Source: Candidatus Woesearchaeota archaeon
GTDB taxonomy: Archaea; Nanobdellota; Nanobdellia; UBA10117; ARS21
Assembly: GCA_038128845.1 (NCBI GenBank)
Contig: JAYPKL010000001.1
Location: forward strand, 113,605-177,604
DNA: 64,000 nucleotides
Direction: 5' to 3'
Under the pieces are notes generated by a model. It did no database searches, had not been told where the DNA came from, and saw only the letters and a program-made list of their open reading frames with translations. How positions within the stretch are numbered: the stretch's first letter is position 1; every line of letters begins with the position of its first letter. Below, in pieces: positions 41,982-51,610 of the stretch. The position numbers and the translations under genes were made by a program.

Positions 41982-42252
41982 GGGCTAGACAGGCGGGTTA
42001 GGCGCCGTTGTAACTCCATATACCGGAGTGTCGAAGTTCATTGGGAGGCATTGACGGTATGCTATATCCCCAAACAATAATGTCGAAGCGTTGCCTTCCT
42101 TGGCGGTTAATTTTGAGAACCTGGTCAGGCGGGGAACCGAGCAGCCATAATCATGTTTATTCGTGCTTTGAAGTAGTGGCGTGGAGTTATTATTTGGTAA
42201 GATATTTTATTCAAGAAATGTCCACTTTTGAACGTGCCCACTTATTCTAAGT
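41982..42252 (+). ncRNA. ffs: signal recognition particle RNA (7S RNA)
   Basis: GC-rich island. 5' GGGCTAGACAGGCGGG. Helix-8 motif CTGGTCAGGCGGGGAACCGAGCAGCC (consensus GUCAGG-CC-GAAGG-AGCAGCC). 3' end complementary to the 5' end. Confidence 0.7.
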
Positions 42253-42292
42253 AGATTAAGAAAATATATAAAATAAAAACCATATTTTATTT

Positions 42293-42628
42293 ATGTCTTT
42301 AGAGATTATTTCAGATACGGTTTTTCCTTATCTTAAAATTGGAGATTTTAATATCAAAGTTAAATATGACATAGATAGAGATGCATATACTCAACATTCT
42401 TTATTGGATTTCAATATTACAACTGATTGTTATATTTGCATAATCAATGAAAGAGATATATCCAGAAATGATCTAATAGACAAAATTAATTCTAATTTTT
42501 ATTCAGAAATAATTTCAAATAAAACTCTTGTAAAAGATTTAGAAAATAATTCTCAAAGCTTAATTGATTTTATAGAAAATTTAGATACATATGCTTTAAC
42601 TTATAATCCGAGGAAAAAAAATGACTAA
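42293..42628 (+). CDS. hypothetical protein
   Basis: 111 aa, soluble, no motif. Confidence 0.3.
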   Translation: MSLEIISDTVFPYLKIGDFNIKVKYDIDRDAYTQHSLLDFNITTDCYICIINERDISRNDLIDKINSNFYSEIISNKTLVKDLENNSQSLIDFIENLDTYALTYNPRKKND

Positions 42629-42714
42629 AAACGATTTAATTAATTTTGGAAATTCTAAATACTTAATATATGCTTCAATTTTAGTTTCATTAATTTGGGT
42701 CATATTTTTATAAA

Positions 42715-43059
42715 TTAAATTAAATTTTGAGATTTTCCAATAACAATTAATCCAACAATTCTAATAATAAATAAAATAAGTGCATAATAAATTAGGTTTT
42801 TATTTGTAATTTGAATTTTATATCTTGAATTAATTAAATTTTGTAAAGAAGGTATTGCAATAATTAATGCTAAAATAAATATTATCAAATGAAACAAGAA
42901 TAATGTTAAGTTATAATATTCAGTAAATAATGGACCCATCAAACCAAAGTATTGATTGAACTCATATGGAACTAAACTGGATAATGGACCTCTAAAGGCA
43001 AAATATAATATAATTGCCAGATTTAATAATCCAAAATTATTGTTAATTTTCTTTTTCAT
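42715..43059 (-). CDS. hypothetical membrane protein
   Basis: 114 aa, 3 TM helices. Confidence 0.3.
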   Translation of the reverse strand: MKKKINNNFGLLNLAIILYFAFRGPLSSLVPYEFNQYFGLMGPLFTEYYNLTLFLFHLIIFILALIIAIPSLQNLINSRYKIQITNKNLIYYALILFIIRIVGLIVIGKSQNLI

Positions 43060-43093
43060 ATAAGCTTATTTTATATTAATATAAAAATTAAAC

Positions 43094-43174
43094 GCCAAGG
43101 ACGGGATTTGAACCCGCGATCCCAAAGGGACAGGATTAGCAATCCTGCGCAATACCAGGCTATGCGACCTTGGC
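43094..43174 (-). tRNA. tRNA-Ser (anticodon GCU), class II with long variable arm
   Basis: Reverse complement GCCAAGGTCGCATAGCCTGGTATTGCGCAGGATTGCTAATCCTGTCCCTTTGGGATCGCGGGTTCAAATCCCGTCCTTGGCG. Confidence 0.8.
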
Positions 43175-43265
43175 CTAATTAATTTGGTTCAATATATGTT
43201 TAAAAAGTTAATTATGTCTCTCCACTCGGGGTTAAGGAGGGTCTAAAAAGACGAAGAGAGACAAA

Positions 43266-43339
43266 TGGGACTGGCAGGATTTGAACCAGCGACACCTCGA
43301 TCTTCAGTCGAGCGCTCTTCCAGGCTGAGCTACAGTCCC
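43266..43339 (-). tRNA. tRNA-Phe (anticodon GAA)
   Basis: Reverse complement GGGACTGTAGCTCAGCCTGGAAGAGCGCTCGACTGAAGATCGAGGTGTCGCTGGTTCAAATCCTGCCAGTCCCA. Confidence 0.85.
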
Positions 43340-43409
43340 ATTATTGCTTGATTTAAGAAATTTATAAAGTTTATCATAATGATTAAATAGCTTTATTTAC
43401 AAAAAATAT

Positions 43410-46079
43410 ATGGAATTTTATAATGAGGATTTAAAAAATATTTATTCAAATTTAAATTCATCAGATTCCGGATTATCAGACAGTCAATCAAAAAATAGAT
43501 TAAAAAAATACGGTTATAATAAATTAATAAAGAAAAAAGATTACAAAACATTAAAATTATTAATCGGGGAATTTAAATCACCTTTAGTTTTACTACTAGT
43601 TGCAGCCGGTGCAATTTCATATTATCTTAATGAATTAGTTGATGCATATGTAATTTTTTTAGTTGTCATTGTTAATGCATTACTTGGATTTTTTCAAGAA
43701 TACCGTGCCGAAAAAGCAATTGAATCTCTTAAAAAATTGTCTTCAACAAAAGCAAAAGTTTTACGAAATTCAAAAGAATTTCAAATTGATGCTTCCGAAC
43801 TGGTTCCAGGTGATATAATAATTATTGAAGAGGGAGATAGAATTCCCGCAGATGCCAGAATTATTCAATCTGCCAATTTATCTTGTGACGAATCTGCTCT
43901 TACTGGGGAATCTAGTTCTGTAGATAAAGTTTCAAATAAAATTTTATCAAAAAATGTTGCAGTTGCAGATCAAAAAAATATGGTTTTTATGAATACTATT
44001 GTTTCTAGAGGAAGAGCAACAGCAATTGTAGTAAATACCGGAATGGATACAGAAATTGGTAAAATTGCAAAAAGTATTCAAGATCAAGATGCACCAATAA
44101 CTCCTTTACAAAAAAAATTAAATATAGTTGCAAAAAATTTAGGAATCGCAGCAATAGCAATATCTGGTGCAGTATTTTTTATAGGTTTATTTAAAGGTGA
44201 AACTTTAATTGAAATGTTTACCACTTCAGTATCTCTTGCAGTTGCAGCAGTACCAGAAGGTCTACCTGCAGTCGTAACCATAACTCTTGCAATTGGATTG
44301 ACTAAATTAGTTAAAGTAAAGTCTATTGTTAGAAGATTGCCAGTTGTTGAAACATTAGGAAGTGCAAATATTATCTGCTCAGATAAAACTGGAACATTAA
44401 CAAAAAATGAAATGACTGTAAAAAAGATTTATACAAACCATTCTCATATTGAAGTTTCAGGATCCGGTTATAATCCCGAAGGAAATTTTAATTACAAAGA
44501 TACAACTTCAACAAAAATTAAGAAAAATTTAGACATGATATTAAAAATTGGTTTATTTTGTAATACTGCAAGATTAGTAAAAAATAAATCTTGGCAAATT
44601 TTTGGAGATCCAACAGAAGGTGCATTAATTGTTTCTGCAAATAAGAACGGACTAATAAAATCAAAATTAAAGGAGTATTCCTTTGTTAACGAGTTACCAT
44701 TTGACTCAAATAGAAAAATGATGTCATCAATTTATAAGTCAGGAAAAAATAATATTGCATTCATAAAAGGTGCGCCTGAAATACTTTTAGAAAAATCAAA
44801 TTTTATTTTTATTGACGGAGTTGTTAAACCCATAAAAAAGGCAGATAAAAACAAGATTAAAGAGGTTATTGAATCTTATTCTAATGATGCTTTAAGAGTA
44901 CTTGCTTTTGGGTATAAATATGTTGGAAGTAAAAAATTAACAACTAATTATGTTGAAAATGATATTGTGTTTGTAGGTTTACAAGCAATGATGGATCCAC
45001 CAAGACCGGAAGTAAAACCTGCATTAGTAAAATGTGAAAATGCAGGAATAAGAACTATTATGATCACAGGAGATCATGAAAATACTGCTCGAGCAATTGC
45101 AAAGGAATTGGGATTCAAAAATTCAGATTTATCCATTACTGGAGCGGAATTAGATAAATTATCGGATTCAGAATTAAATAAAAAATTAATAGATTGCAAT
45201 ATATTTGCAAGAGTTAGTCCAGAACACAAGTTAAGAATAGTTACTTCACTTAATAAAAAAGATAATGTTGTTGCTATGACTGGAGACGGAGTTAATGATG
45301 CTCCTGCACTTAAGGCTGCAGATATAGGTATTGCAATGGGCATAAAAGGTACCGATGTAGCAAAAGATTCCTCAGATATGATTCTTATGGACGATAATTT
45401 TTCATCAATTGTAAATGCAGTTGAAGAAGGAAGAGGAATTTTTGATAATATTCGAAATTTTATAAGATATTTAATCTCTTCAAACATTGGAGAAATTTTT
45501 ACAATATTTGCTGCTTTAATAGTAGGATTACCTTTACCTTTAATTGCAGTTCAAATTTTATGGATGAATCTTCTAACAGACGGACTACCTGCATTAGCGC
45601 TAGGTACAGATCCACCTCAAAAAGATATAATGACAAGAAAACCAATTAAATCAAATGTCGGAGCAATATCTAAATCTACTTGGACATTTTCTGTTTTTAT
45701 CGGAATAATTATGATGATTGGTACTCTGAGTTTATTCCTAGTATACTTAGGAGAAGGTTTAGATTATGCAAGATCTATTGCATTTTCAACAATAGTTTTC
45801 TATCAATTATTTAATATATTTAATTCAAGAACAGATAAATCTGTATTTCATGAACCTGAATTATTTTTTAATAATAAATATCTAGTTTCAGCAATAATCG
45901 CATCTGCATCATTACAATATTTTGTAGTATCAATGCCATTCTTTCAAACATATTTTTCAACAGTTAATATTGCTCCACTTGACTGGTTTATTGTTATTTT
46001 AACTGCATCTTCAGTATTAATAATAACTGAAATTGTTAAGAACAACTTCAAAAACATTATAAACCTTAGTCAAAATTAA
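43410..46079 (+). CDS. P-type cation-transporting ATPase (type IIA, Ca2+-ATPase-like)
   Basis: DKTGTLT phosphorylation motif, TGES actuator, TGDGVNDAPALK hinge, 10 TM. 889 aa. Confidence 0.9.
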   Translation: MEFYNEDLKNIYSNLNSSDSGLSDSQSKNRLKKYGYNKLIKKKDYKTLKLLIGEFKSPLVLLLVAAGAISYYLNELVDAYVIFLVVIVNALLGFFQEYRAEKAIESLKKLSSTKAKVLRNSKEFQIDASELVPGDIIIIEEGDRIPADARIIQSANLSCDESALTGESSSVDKVSNKILSKNVAVADQKNMVFMNTIVSRGRATAIVVNTGMDTEIGKIAKSIQDQDAPITPLQKKLNIVAKNLGIAAIAISGAVFFIGLFKGETLIEMFTTSVSLAVAAVPEGLPAVVTITLAIGLTKLVKVKSIVRRLPVVETLGSANIICSDKTGTLTKNEMTVKKIYTNHSHIEVSGSGYNPEGNFNYKDTTSTKIKKNLDMILKIGLFCNTARLVKNKSWQIFGDPTEGALIVSANKNGLIKSKLKEYSFVNELPFDSNRKMMSSIYKSGKNNIAFIKGAPEILLEKSNFIFIDGVVKPIKKADKNKIKEVIESYSNDALRVLAFGYKYVGSKKLTTNYVENDIVFVGLQAMMDPPRPEVKPALVKCENAGIRTIMITGDHENTARAIAKELGFKNSDLSITGAELDKLSDSELNKKLIDCNIFARVSPEHKLRIVTSLNKKDNVVAMTGDGVNDAPALKAADIGIAMGIKGTDVAKDSSDMILMDDNFSSIVNAVEEGRGIFDNIRNFIRYLISSNIGEIFTIFAALIVGLPLPLIAVQILWMNLLTDGLPALALGTDPPQKDIMTRKPIKSNVGAISKSTWTFSVFIGIIMMIGTLSLFLVYLGEGLDYARSIAFSTIVFYQLFNIFNSRTDKSVFHEPELFFNNKYLVSAIIASASLQYFVVSMPFFQTYFSTVNIAPLDWFIVILTASSVLIITEIVKNNFKNIINLSQN

Positions 46080-46083
46080 TTTT

Positions 46084-46734
46084 ATGGTTAAAATTAAAAA
46101 AGGAGATTTAATTGAGCTAGATTTTGTAGCTTCATTCAAAGAATCCGGAGAAATTTTTGACTTAACTTTAGAAGAAGAAGCTAAAAAAAATAATATTTAT
46201 CAAAAAGATTTTCCATACAAACCGATGAAGGCTTTTGTTGGAAGCGGACAATTATTGAAAGGTATTGAATCTAATATCATAGGTATGTCAGTAAATGATT
46301 CTAAAGAAGTAGATTTGAAGCCAGAAGACGCATTTGGTAAAAGATCACCTAAATTAATACAGTTAATATCAATAAATAAATTAAGAGAAAAAAAGCTAAA
46401 TCCAGTTACTGGAATGCAATTAGATATTGACGGACGAAGAGCTACAATAAGATCAGTTAATGGTGGAAGAGTTATTTTAGATTTTAATCATCCGTTTGCA
46501 GGAAAAGAAGTTCATTATTTCTTAAAAGTTTCAAGTGTTATAAATGATTTAAAAGAAAAAGTTAATTATGCCACAGAAATTATAGGTTTCAAAGCCGAAA
46601 ATTTAACTATAAATGAAAAAAATGTTAAATTTAAGATCGCAAATAAAGAAAAACTAGGGGAACAATTTATTGATTTATTAAAAACAACTATAAAGAAATA
46701 CGTGCCCGAAGTTAAAGAAATTACTATTGACTAG
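46084..46734 (+). CDS. FKBP-type peptidyl-prolyl isomerase, long form with insert/C-terminal domain
   Basis: N-terminal GDLIELDFVASFKESGEIFD and later LDFNHPFAGKEVHYFLKV (FKBP core split by an IF-like insert). 216 aa. Confidence 0.7.
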   Translation: MVKIKKGDLIELDFVASFKESGEIFDLTLEEEAKKNNIYQKDFPYKPMKAFVGSGQLLKGIESNIIGMSVNDSKEVDLKPEDAFGKRSPKLIQLISINKLREKKLNPVTGMQLDIDGRRATIRSVNGGRVILDFNHPFAGKEVHYFLKVSSVINDLKEKVNYATEIIGFKAENLTINEKNVKFKIANKEKLGEQFIDLLKTTIKKYVPEVKEITID

Positions 46735-46773
46735 TGTAATAATGTTTATAAAAAACATTCAATTCAGTAATTA

Positions 46774-48054
46774 ATGGATCCTTATGACGAATATTCAAAC
46801 GAAATAGATTATAATACAGGTGCAGAAAAATCATCAAGTGAAGATTCTTATTCTTCCGATTATGATTCAAACGATAATTATGATTCAGGAAATTCTTATT
46901 CTTCCGATTATGATTCAAATGATTCTTACAGTTCAAATAATGATTCTTACAGTTCAAATAATTCACAATCTTATTCATCCTACCAAGACCAAAGTGTTTC
47001 TAAATTGAGCAATGAGGACGAAGAATTAGAAAAAATTTTGTCAAATAGAAAAGCAAGAATAAAAGTAGTAGGTTGTGGAGGAGCAGGAAACAATACAATT
47101 GCAAGGATTTCTGAAATAGGAGTAACAGGTGCAGAAATTGTTGGTATTAATACTGATGCTCAAGATTTACTTAATACAACTGCAGATAAAAAAATACTTA
47201 TTGGAAAAGATCTGACTCAAGGATTGGGTGCAGGATCAGATCCTCAAATAGGTAAAGATTCTGCAAAAGAATCTCAAAAAGAAATTAAAGATGCGCTTCA
47301 AGGTGCACATTTAGTATTTATTACAGGTGGACTTGGCGGAGGAACAGGTACAGGAAGTATGCCCGTTGTAGCAAGTATTGCTAAAAAAATGGGAATTTTA
47401 ACTGTTGCAGTAGTAACGCTTCCTTTTGAGATGGAAGGAGTATTACGACATGAAAATGCCATGGTAGGTCTTGAAGAATTAGAAGGATTGGTTGATACTT
47501 TGATTTTGATTCCAAATGATAAATTAATTGAATTAGCACCAGATTTACCACTTCATACTGCTTTCAAAGTTGCTGATGAAATTTTAACTAATGCTGTAAA
47601 AGGCATTGCTGAGCTAATAACTAAGCCTGGTTTAATTAACTTAGATTTTGCAGATATCAAGGCAGTTATGTCTTCCGGCGGTATAGCTATGATCGGATTA
47701 GGAGAGAGTGATACCGAAAATAGAGCTGTAGAATCAGTTGAGAAAGCACTAAATAATCCATTATTGGACGTAGAAGTCCAAGGAGCAACTGGAGCATTAA
47801 TAAATGTTATCGGAGGACCAAATATGACGTTAGATGAAGCAAAAAGAGTTGTTGAGGCAGTTACAGAAAGATTAGACAATTCTGCTAAAGTAATATGGGG
47901 AGCACAATTATCTCCAGAATTACAAAATTCTTTAAGAACAATGTTAGTCGTAGTCGGAGTAAAATCTCCTCAAATATTCGGACCAAAAAGAACATTATCT
48001 AAAAAACGACAAGAAGATATGGAAGATAATTTTGGTATCAGATTCATCGATTAG
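46774..48054 (+). CDS. ftsZ: cell division GTPase FtsZ with ~90-aa low-complexity N-terminal extension
   Basis: KVVGCGGAGNN, tubulin signature GGLGGGTGTGS, T7 loop NVIGGPNMTLDE. N-terminus SEDSYSSDYDSNDNYDSGNSYSSDYDSNDSYSSNNDSYSSNN. Confidence 0.9.
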   Translation: MDPYDEYSNEIDYNTGAEKSSSEDSYSSDYDSNDNYDSGNSYSSDYDSNDSYSSNNDSYSSNNSQSYSSYQDQSVSKLSNEDEELEKILSNRKARIKVVGCGGAGNNTIARISEIGVTGAEIVGINTDAQDLLNTTADKKILIGKDLTQGLGAGSDPQIGKDSAKESQKEIKDALQGAHLVFITGGLGGGTGTGSMPVVASIAKKMGILTVAVVTLPFEMEGVLRHENAMVGLEELEGLVDTLILIPNDKLIELAPDLPLHTAFKVADEILTNAVKGIAELITKPGLINLDFADIKAVMSSGGIAMIGLGESDTENRAVESVEKALNNPLLDVEVQGATGALINVIGGPNMTLDEAKRVVEAVTERLDNSAKVIWGAQLSPELQNSLRTMLVVVGVKSPQIFGPKRTLSKKRQEDMEDNFGIRFID

Positions 48055-48091
48055 TTCAAAAGTTTTATAAATAGAGTTAAAATCTCATAAT

Positions 48092-48331
48092 ATGGTTACA
48101 CCTATCGAGTTTAATCCTGATGACATTAAAATTCCTAAGTTAAAGGAAATACCAGGAATACTTCGAAAAAAAGCAAGAGAATATAAAAGAGTACTTGCTA
48201 TCACAAAGAAACCAAAAATGAACGAATTTCAAGCAGTTGTAAAAGTGACTGGGCTTGGAATGATCGTAATAGGATTAATTGGATTTTCAATTTTTGTATT
48301 GGTTCAATTAATTACAAAATTAGCAGCTTAA
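48092..48331 (+). CDS. secE: preprotein translocase subunit SecE (Sec61-gamma)
   Basis: EFQAVVKVTGLGMIVIGLIGFSIFVLVQLI C-terminal TM. Conserved position between ftsZ and spt5. Confidence 0.65.
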   Translation: MVTPIEFNPDDIKIPKLKEIPGILRKKAREYKRVLAITKKPKMNEFQAVVKVTGLGMIVIGLIGFSIFVLVQLITKLAA

Positions 48332-48332
48332 A

Positions 48333-48782
48333 ATGGGAATATTTACAGTAAGAACAGCAATTGGAAGAGAACAACAAGTAATGGATGCATTATCAACTAA
48401 TGCAAAAAGAGCAGAAGGAATTCATGCTTTATTATCTCCTTATGGAGTAGTTGGTTATATCTTCATAGAAGCAGATTCTTTATCCGATGTTCAACAAATT
48501 TCATATAGAGTTCCTTATGTAAGAGGAGTACTTTCAAGAGAAGTAGAATTATCTTCAATAGAACACCTAATCGAATTTAAACCAGAAAATGTAGATATTC
48601 AACTTGGAGATATTGTAGAAATTATTGGAGGACCTTTCAAAGGAGAAAGAGGTAAGGTAACTCGATTAAATACTCAAAAATCAGAAGTAATTGTGGAATT
48701 ACTAGAAGCAGCAGTTCCAATTCCAATTACATTAAACCTGGACTCAGTCAGAGTTGTAGGAATTGAGGGGAGATCAGAATGA
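48333..48782 (+). CDS. spt5: transcription elongation factor Spt5 (NusG homolog)
   Basis: NGN domain (IFTVRTAIGREQQV...GYIFIEA) + KOW (GDIVEIIGGPFKGERGKV). 149 aa. Confidence 0.8.
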   Translation: MGIFTVRTAIGREQQVMDALSTNAKRAEGIHALLSPYGVVGYIFIEADSLSDVQQISYRVPYVRGVLSREVELSSIEHLIEFKPENVDIQLGDIVEIIGGPFKGERGKVTRLNTQKSEVIVELLEAAVPIPITLNLDSVRVVGIEGRSE

Positions 48783-49048
48783 GAACACCAGAATTAATTA
48801 GAAAAGAAATAAATTTAAGTAAAGGCTCAGGTGCACCTGGAACAGATTTAATTGCAGATATTTCTGTTGATCAATTAAAAAATGTATCAGAACAATTGGG
48901 CGATAAAATTATTGGTAAAACTACTAAATCAAGAGTTAAAGAATTAGTAGGTATTTGTCAATCTATGGGTATAAAAGTAAATGGTACTCCTGCAGATAAA
49001 GCATCAAAAATGATTGCAGCAGGAAAATGGGACAATTTATTTAATTAA
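48779..49048 (+). CDS. rpl11: ribosomal protein L11, C-terminal (rRNA-binding) domain only
   Basis: 89 aa: RTPELIRKEINLSKGSGAPGTD...QLKNVSEQ...GICQSMGIKV aligns with the L11 CTD (TP..LLKKAAGI.KGSG.P...VG.I...Q...IA......SMG..V). ATG overlaps the spt5 stop, so there is no room for the N-terminal domain upstream. Confidence 0.6.
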   Translation: MRTPELIRKEINLSKGSGAPGTDLIADISVDQLKNVSEQLGDKIIGKTTKSRVKELVGICQSMGIKVNGTPADKASKMIAAGKWDNLFN

Positions 49049-49059
49049 TTGTTCCTTTT

Positions 49060-51582
49060 TTATTTTCTAAGTTTTTTATATTGTTTTTTTGTCTTTTTCC
49101 ATAAAATAAATAGTTCTTCTACGGATTTTACAATATTGTTTTTATCAAATTTTAATTTAGATTGAATTTCGCTATCCGAGTAATCCAATTTATTCATTAT
49201 ATCTTTTGTTTCATTCATGAATTTTGTAATATTTTTTGCTAAATGATTTTTTTGAGTTTTTAATATCTCTGCAGCAGATTCAATTGAATCAATATCCGTC
49301 GTTGTATTAAATCCAAATGCTTTCATAACTTCTTTTCCCAGTTCTTTTTCTTCTATTTCTAATTTTTCTGCTACATCTCCTGCCACATATGTTAACCTAA
49401 TTAATCCGTCTTGTACTTTTTTTGAGTTAATTATTTTAATTTTCTTAAGTTCAGAAGTGTTATCTAAATGAGTACCTCCGCATGCTTGAGCATCAAATCC
49501 TTTGACATGAAGAACTCTTATTTCGCTTCCCGGTACAAAACCACCTTGGTAAAGAGTAAATCCAAATATTTTTTCAGCTTGATCTTTAGGATATATTTCC
49601 TTAGTTACTTGAATTTTTTGAGAAATTGCTTTATTTGCCACTTCTTCTATTTTTTTAATTTCCTTTTTTGACAAGTTATCGTAGTGAGTTATATCTAATC
49701 TTCCTCTATCTTGATTAACATCAGATCCGCCTTGCCAAAGATGATCTCCAAGTACTATTCTTGCAGCACCACCAACTACATGAGTCGCAGTATGATGTCT
49801 CATTGTATTTGTTCTTCTAATATCATTAATATTTCCAATAACTAAATCTCCTTCTTTGAAATTTATATTTTCAAGTTCATGAATTATATGAGGACCTTTA
49901 TTATAAACGTCTATTACTTTACAACCATTTATGTAACCAGTATCATTTAGCTGACCGCCAGAAGTTGCATAAAATAAAGTTTTATCCAATATTACCTTAT
50001 TATCAAAAATTTTAATGACTCTTGCTTCAAATTCTCTTAATTTTTCATCAGCCCAAAATAATTTAATTGTTGGTTCAAGATTTAATTCAGTTTCTTCAGT
50101 TTCTTCAAACTTCTGAACTATATTTTTTTCATGTCTCTCTGAAATTTTAGTATAAAAATCTGCAGGAATTTTTAATTTCTTATTTTGTGAAATTGCAACT
50201 TTTTCTAACTGCTCAGGAGATATACCTTTAGAATCATAAAGTTCTATCATTTTTTCAGAAGTTAATTTTTCAATTACGATTTTTTTAAGTAATTTATTTG
50301 AATTTTCTATATTGTTTTTATATTTTTTTTCTTCAGACTCAAGTATTTTGTTAACCGTATTAATACTCTTTTTTAGTTCAGGATATTGAGGTTTCAAATA
50401 ATTTGCTTGTAATTCGATTAATTTTTTGTAATCAAAATTAATATTATATTTATTTGATAGATCCATAGATCTTCTAAAAATTGATCTTAAATTATATCCA
50501 CCTCCCGAATTGGAAGGTAATGCACCGTCTGATGAGGAAAATAATAAGGTTCTAAAGTGATCTGCAATAGCATAAAGAGAAGAAACAGGATAAATTTCTT
50601 TCTTTAATTCTTCTTTTGTATAACCTATTTTTTTAGAGACATTCGACCAAGTTTTTTCAATATCATCAACTTCATCAATATTTAATTTTCCGGACAAAGG
50701 CACAAATTTTTCCCATAATTTTTTGTCAGGCTTTATTCCTGATTGTTTATACAAATATTTAATTGAATCCGGCATAGTTAGCTCATAACTAATCGGGTTA
50801 CCGCTAGTTAGCCAGGGATATCTTTCCTGTCCAGATCCCATATCTAGAATGTTAAGTGGTAAATCCTTATATCCGCCCGGTGTAATTTTATATTTCATAT
50901 AAACTTGATTACCTAGCTCAAGTCCATTAGAAAAATATTCTAAAGATGTTCCGAGATTTCCTCCGCCACCCCATTGATCTTCATGAAATTGTATTTCTTC
51001 AAGAGGTATTTTAGCTCCATCTTTTATCCAAGAAATAATATCAGATAAATATTTTTCTTGATCATATTCTTCTTTAGGAACAAAAGCATGTTGACCTAAA
51101 TGAAAATGAGTAGAATAGTGTCTTCCCGTTATACCAACATTATCTATATCATTAAATCTAAGACTGGGTTGAGACATAACTAATGGATTTGCAGGAGGTT
51201 TAACTTGACCAGTTACTACATATGGTTGAAAACAATAAATTGAAGCCTGAGTAAACCAAGTATCATCTCTCCATCTTGCAACAACAGGATAACGCTTTAT
51301 TGGAGTGTAACCTAATTTTTTGAAATGTTTTGAATATTCTTTCCAAGTGTCAATATATCCTATTTTCTTTTTTGTTGGTGAATTATTAATAAAACTATAA
51401 CCATCATTACAATCAGGTTCACCACAAGTACTTCTTTTAGTAATAGACCAATATTTAGTTGAACATTTTTTACAAGTTGATCTATTAAAACCTAGATTTT
51501 GTAAAACTGATATGGGATAATATTTTTCAGGATTTTTATCTGTTTTTGATTTTAATTCCTGTTTTAGCAATTTAATATCCAT
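49060..51582 (-). CDS. alaS: alanyl-tRNA synthetase (archaeal type)
   Basis: Editing-domain HxxxH (HHTATHVVGG) and CGGTHL zinc motif, class II catalytic core. 840 aa. Confidence 0.9.
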   Translation of the reverse strand: MDIKLLKQELKSKTDKNPEKYYPISVLQNLGFNRSTCKKCSTKYWSITKRSTCGEPDCNDGYSFINNSPTKKKIGYIDTWKEYSKHFKKLGYTPIKRYPVVARWRDDTWFTQASIYCFQPYVVTGQVKPPANPLVMSQPSLRFNDIDNVGITGRHYSTHFHLGQHAFVPKEEYDQEKYLSDIISWIKDGAKIPLEEIQFHEDQWGGGGNLGTSLEYFSNGLELGNQVYMKYKITPGGYKDLPLNILDMGSGQERYPWLTSGNPISYELTMPDSIKYLYKQSGIKPDKKLWEKFVPLSGKLNIDEVDDIEKTWSNVSKKIGYTKEELKKEIYPVSSLYAIADHFRTLLFSSSDGALPSNSGGGYNLRSIFRRSMDLSNKYNINFDYKKLIELQANYLKPQYPELKKSINTVNKILESEEKKYKNNIENSNKLLKKIVIEKLTSEKMIELYDSKGISPEQLEKVAISQNKKLKIPADFYTKISERHEKNIVQKFEETEETELNLEPTIKLFWADEKLREFEARVIKIFDNKVILDKTLFYATSGGQLNDTGYINGCKVIDVYNKGPHIIHELENINFKEGDLVIGNINDIRRTNTMRHHTATHVVGGAARIVLGDHLWQGGSDVNQDRGRLDITHYDNLSKKEIKKIEEVANKAISQKIQVTKEIYPKDQAEKIFGFTLYQGGFVPGSEIRVLHVKGFDAQACGGTHLDNTSELKKIKIINSKKVQDGLIRLTYVAGDVAEKLEIEEKELGKEVMKAFGFNTTTDIDSIESAAEILKTQKNHLAKNITKFMNETKDIMNKLDYSDSEIQSKLKFDKNNIVKSVEELFILWKKTKKQYKKLRK

Positions 51583-51610
51583 ATTTATTAATAAAGAAAT
51601 AAGATTAAAA

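Noticed and set aside
42041-42250. 69-aa plus-strand ORF
   Set aside because: Falls inside the SRP RNA (helix-8 motif present). Spurious.
44084-45487. Minus-strand ORFs within the P-type ATPase gene
   Set aside because: Antisense to conserved DKTGTLT/TGDGVNDAPALK regions.
46724-47008. ORFs overlapping the ftsZ 5' repeat region (46724-46978 minus, 46820-47008 plus)
   Set aside because: Alternative-frame readings of the Ser/Asp/Tyr repeat DNA. The ftsZ frame continues into an unambiguous GTPase core.
47553-47879. 108-aa minus-strand ORF in ftsZ
   Set aside because: Antisense to the tubulin signature region.
49468-49671. 67-aa plus-strand ORF in alaS
   Set aside because: Antisense to AlaRS. 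Phe/Leu-rich A/T translation.
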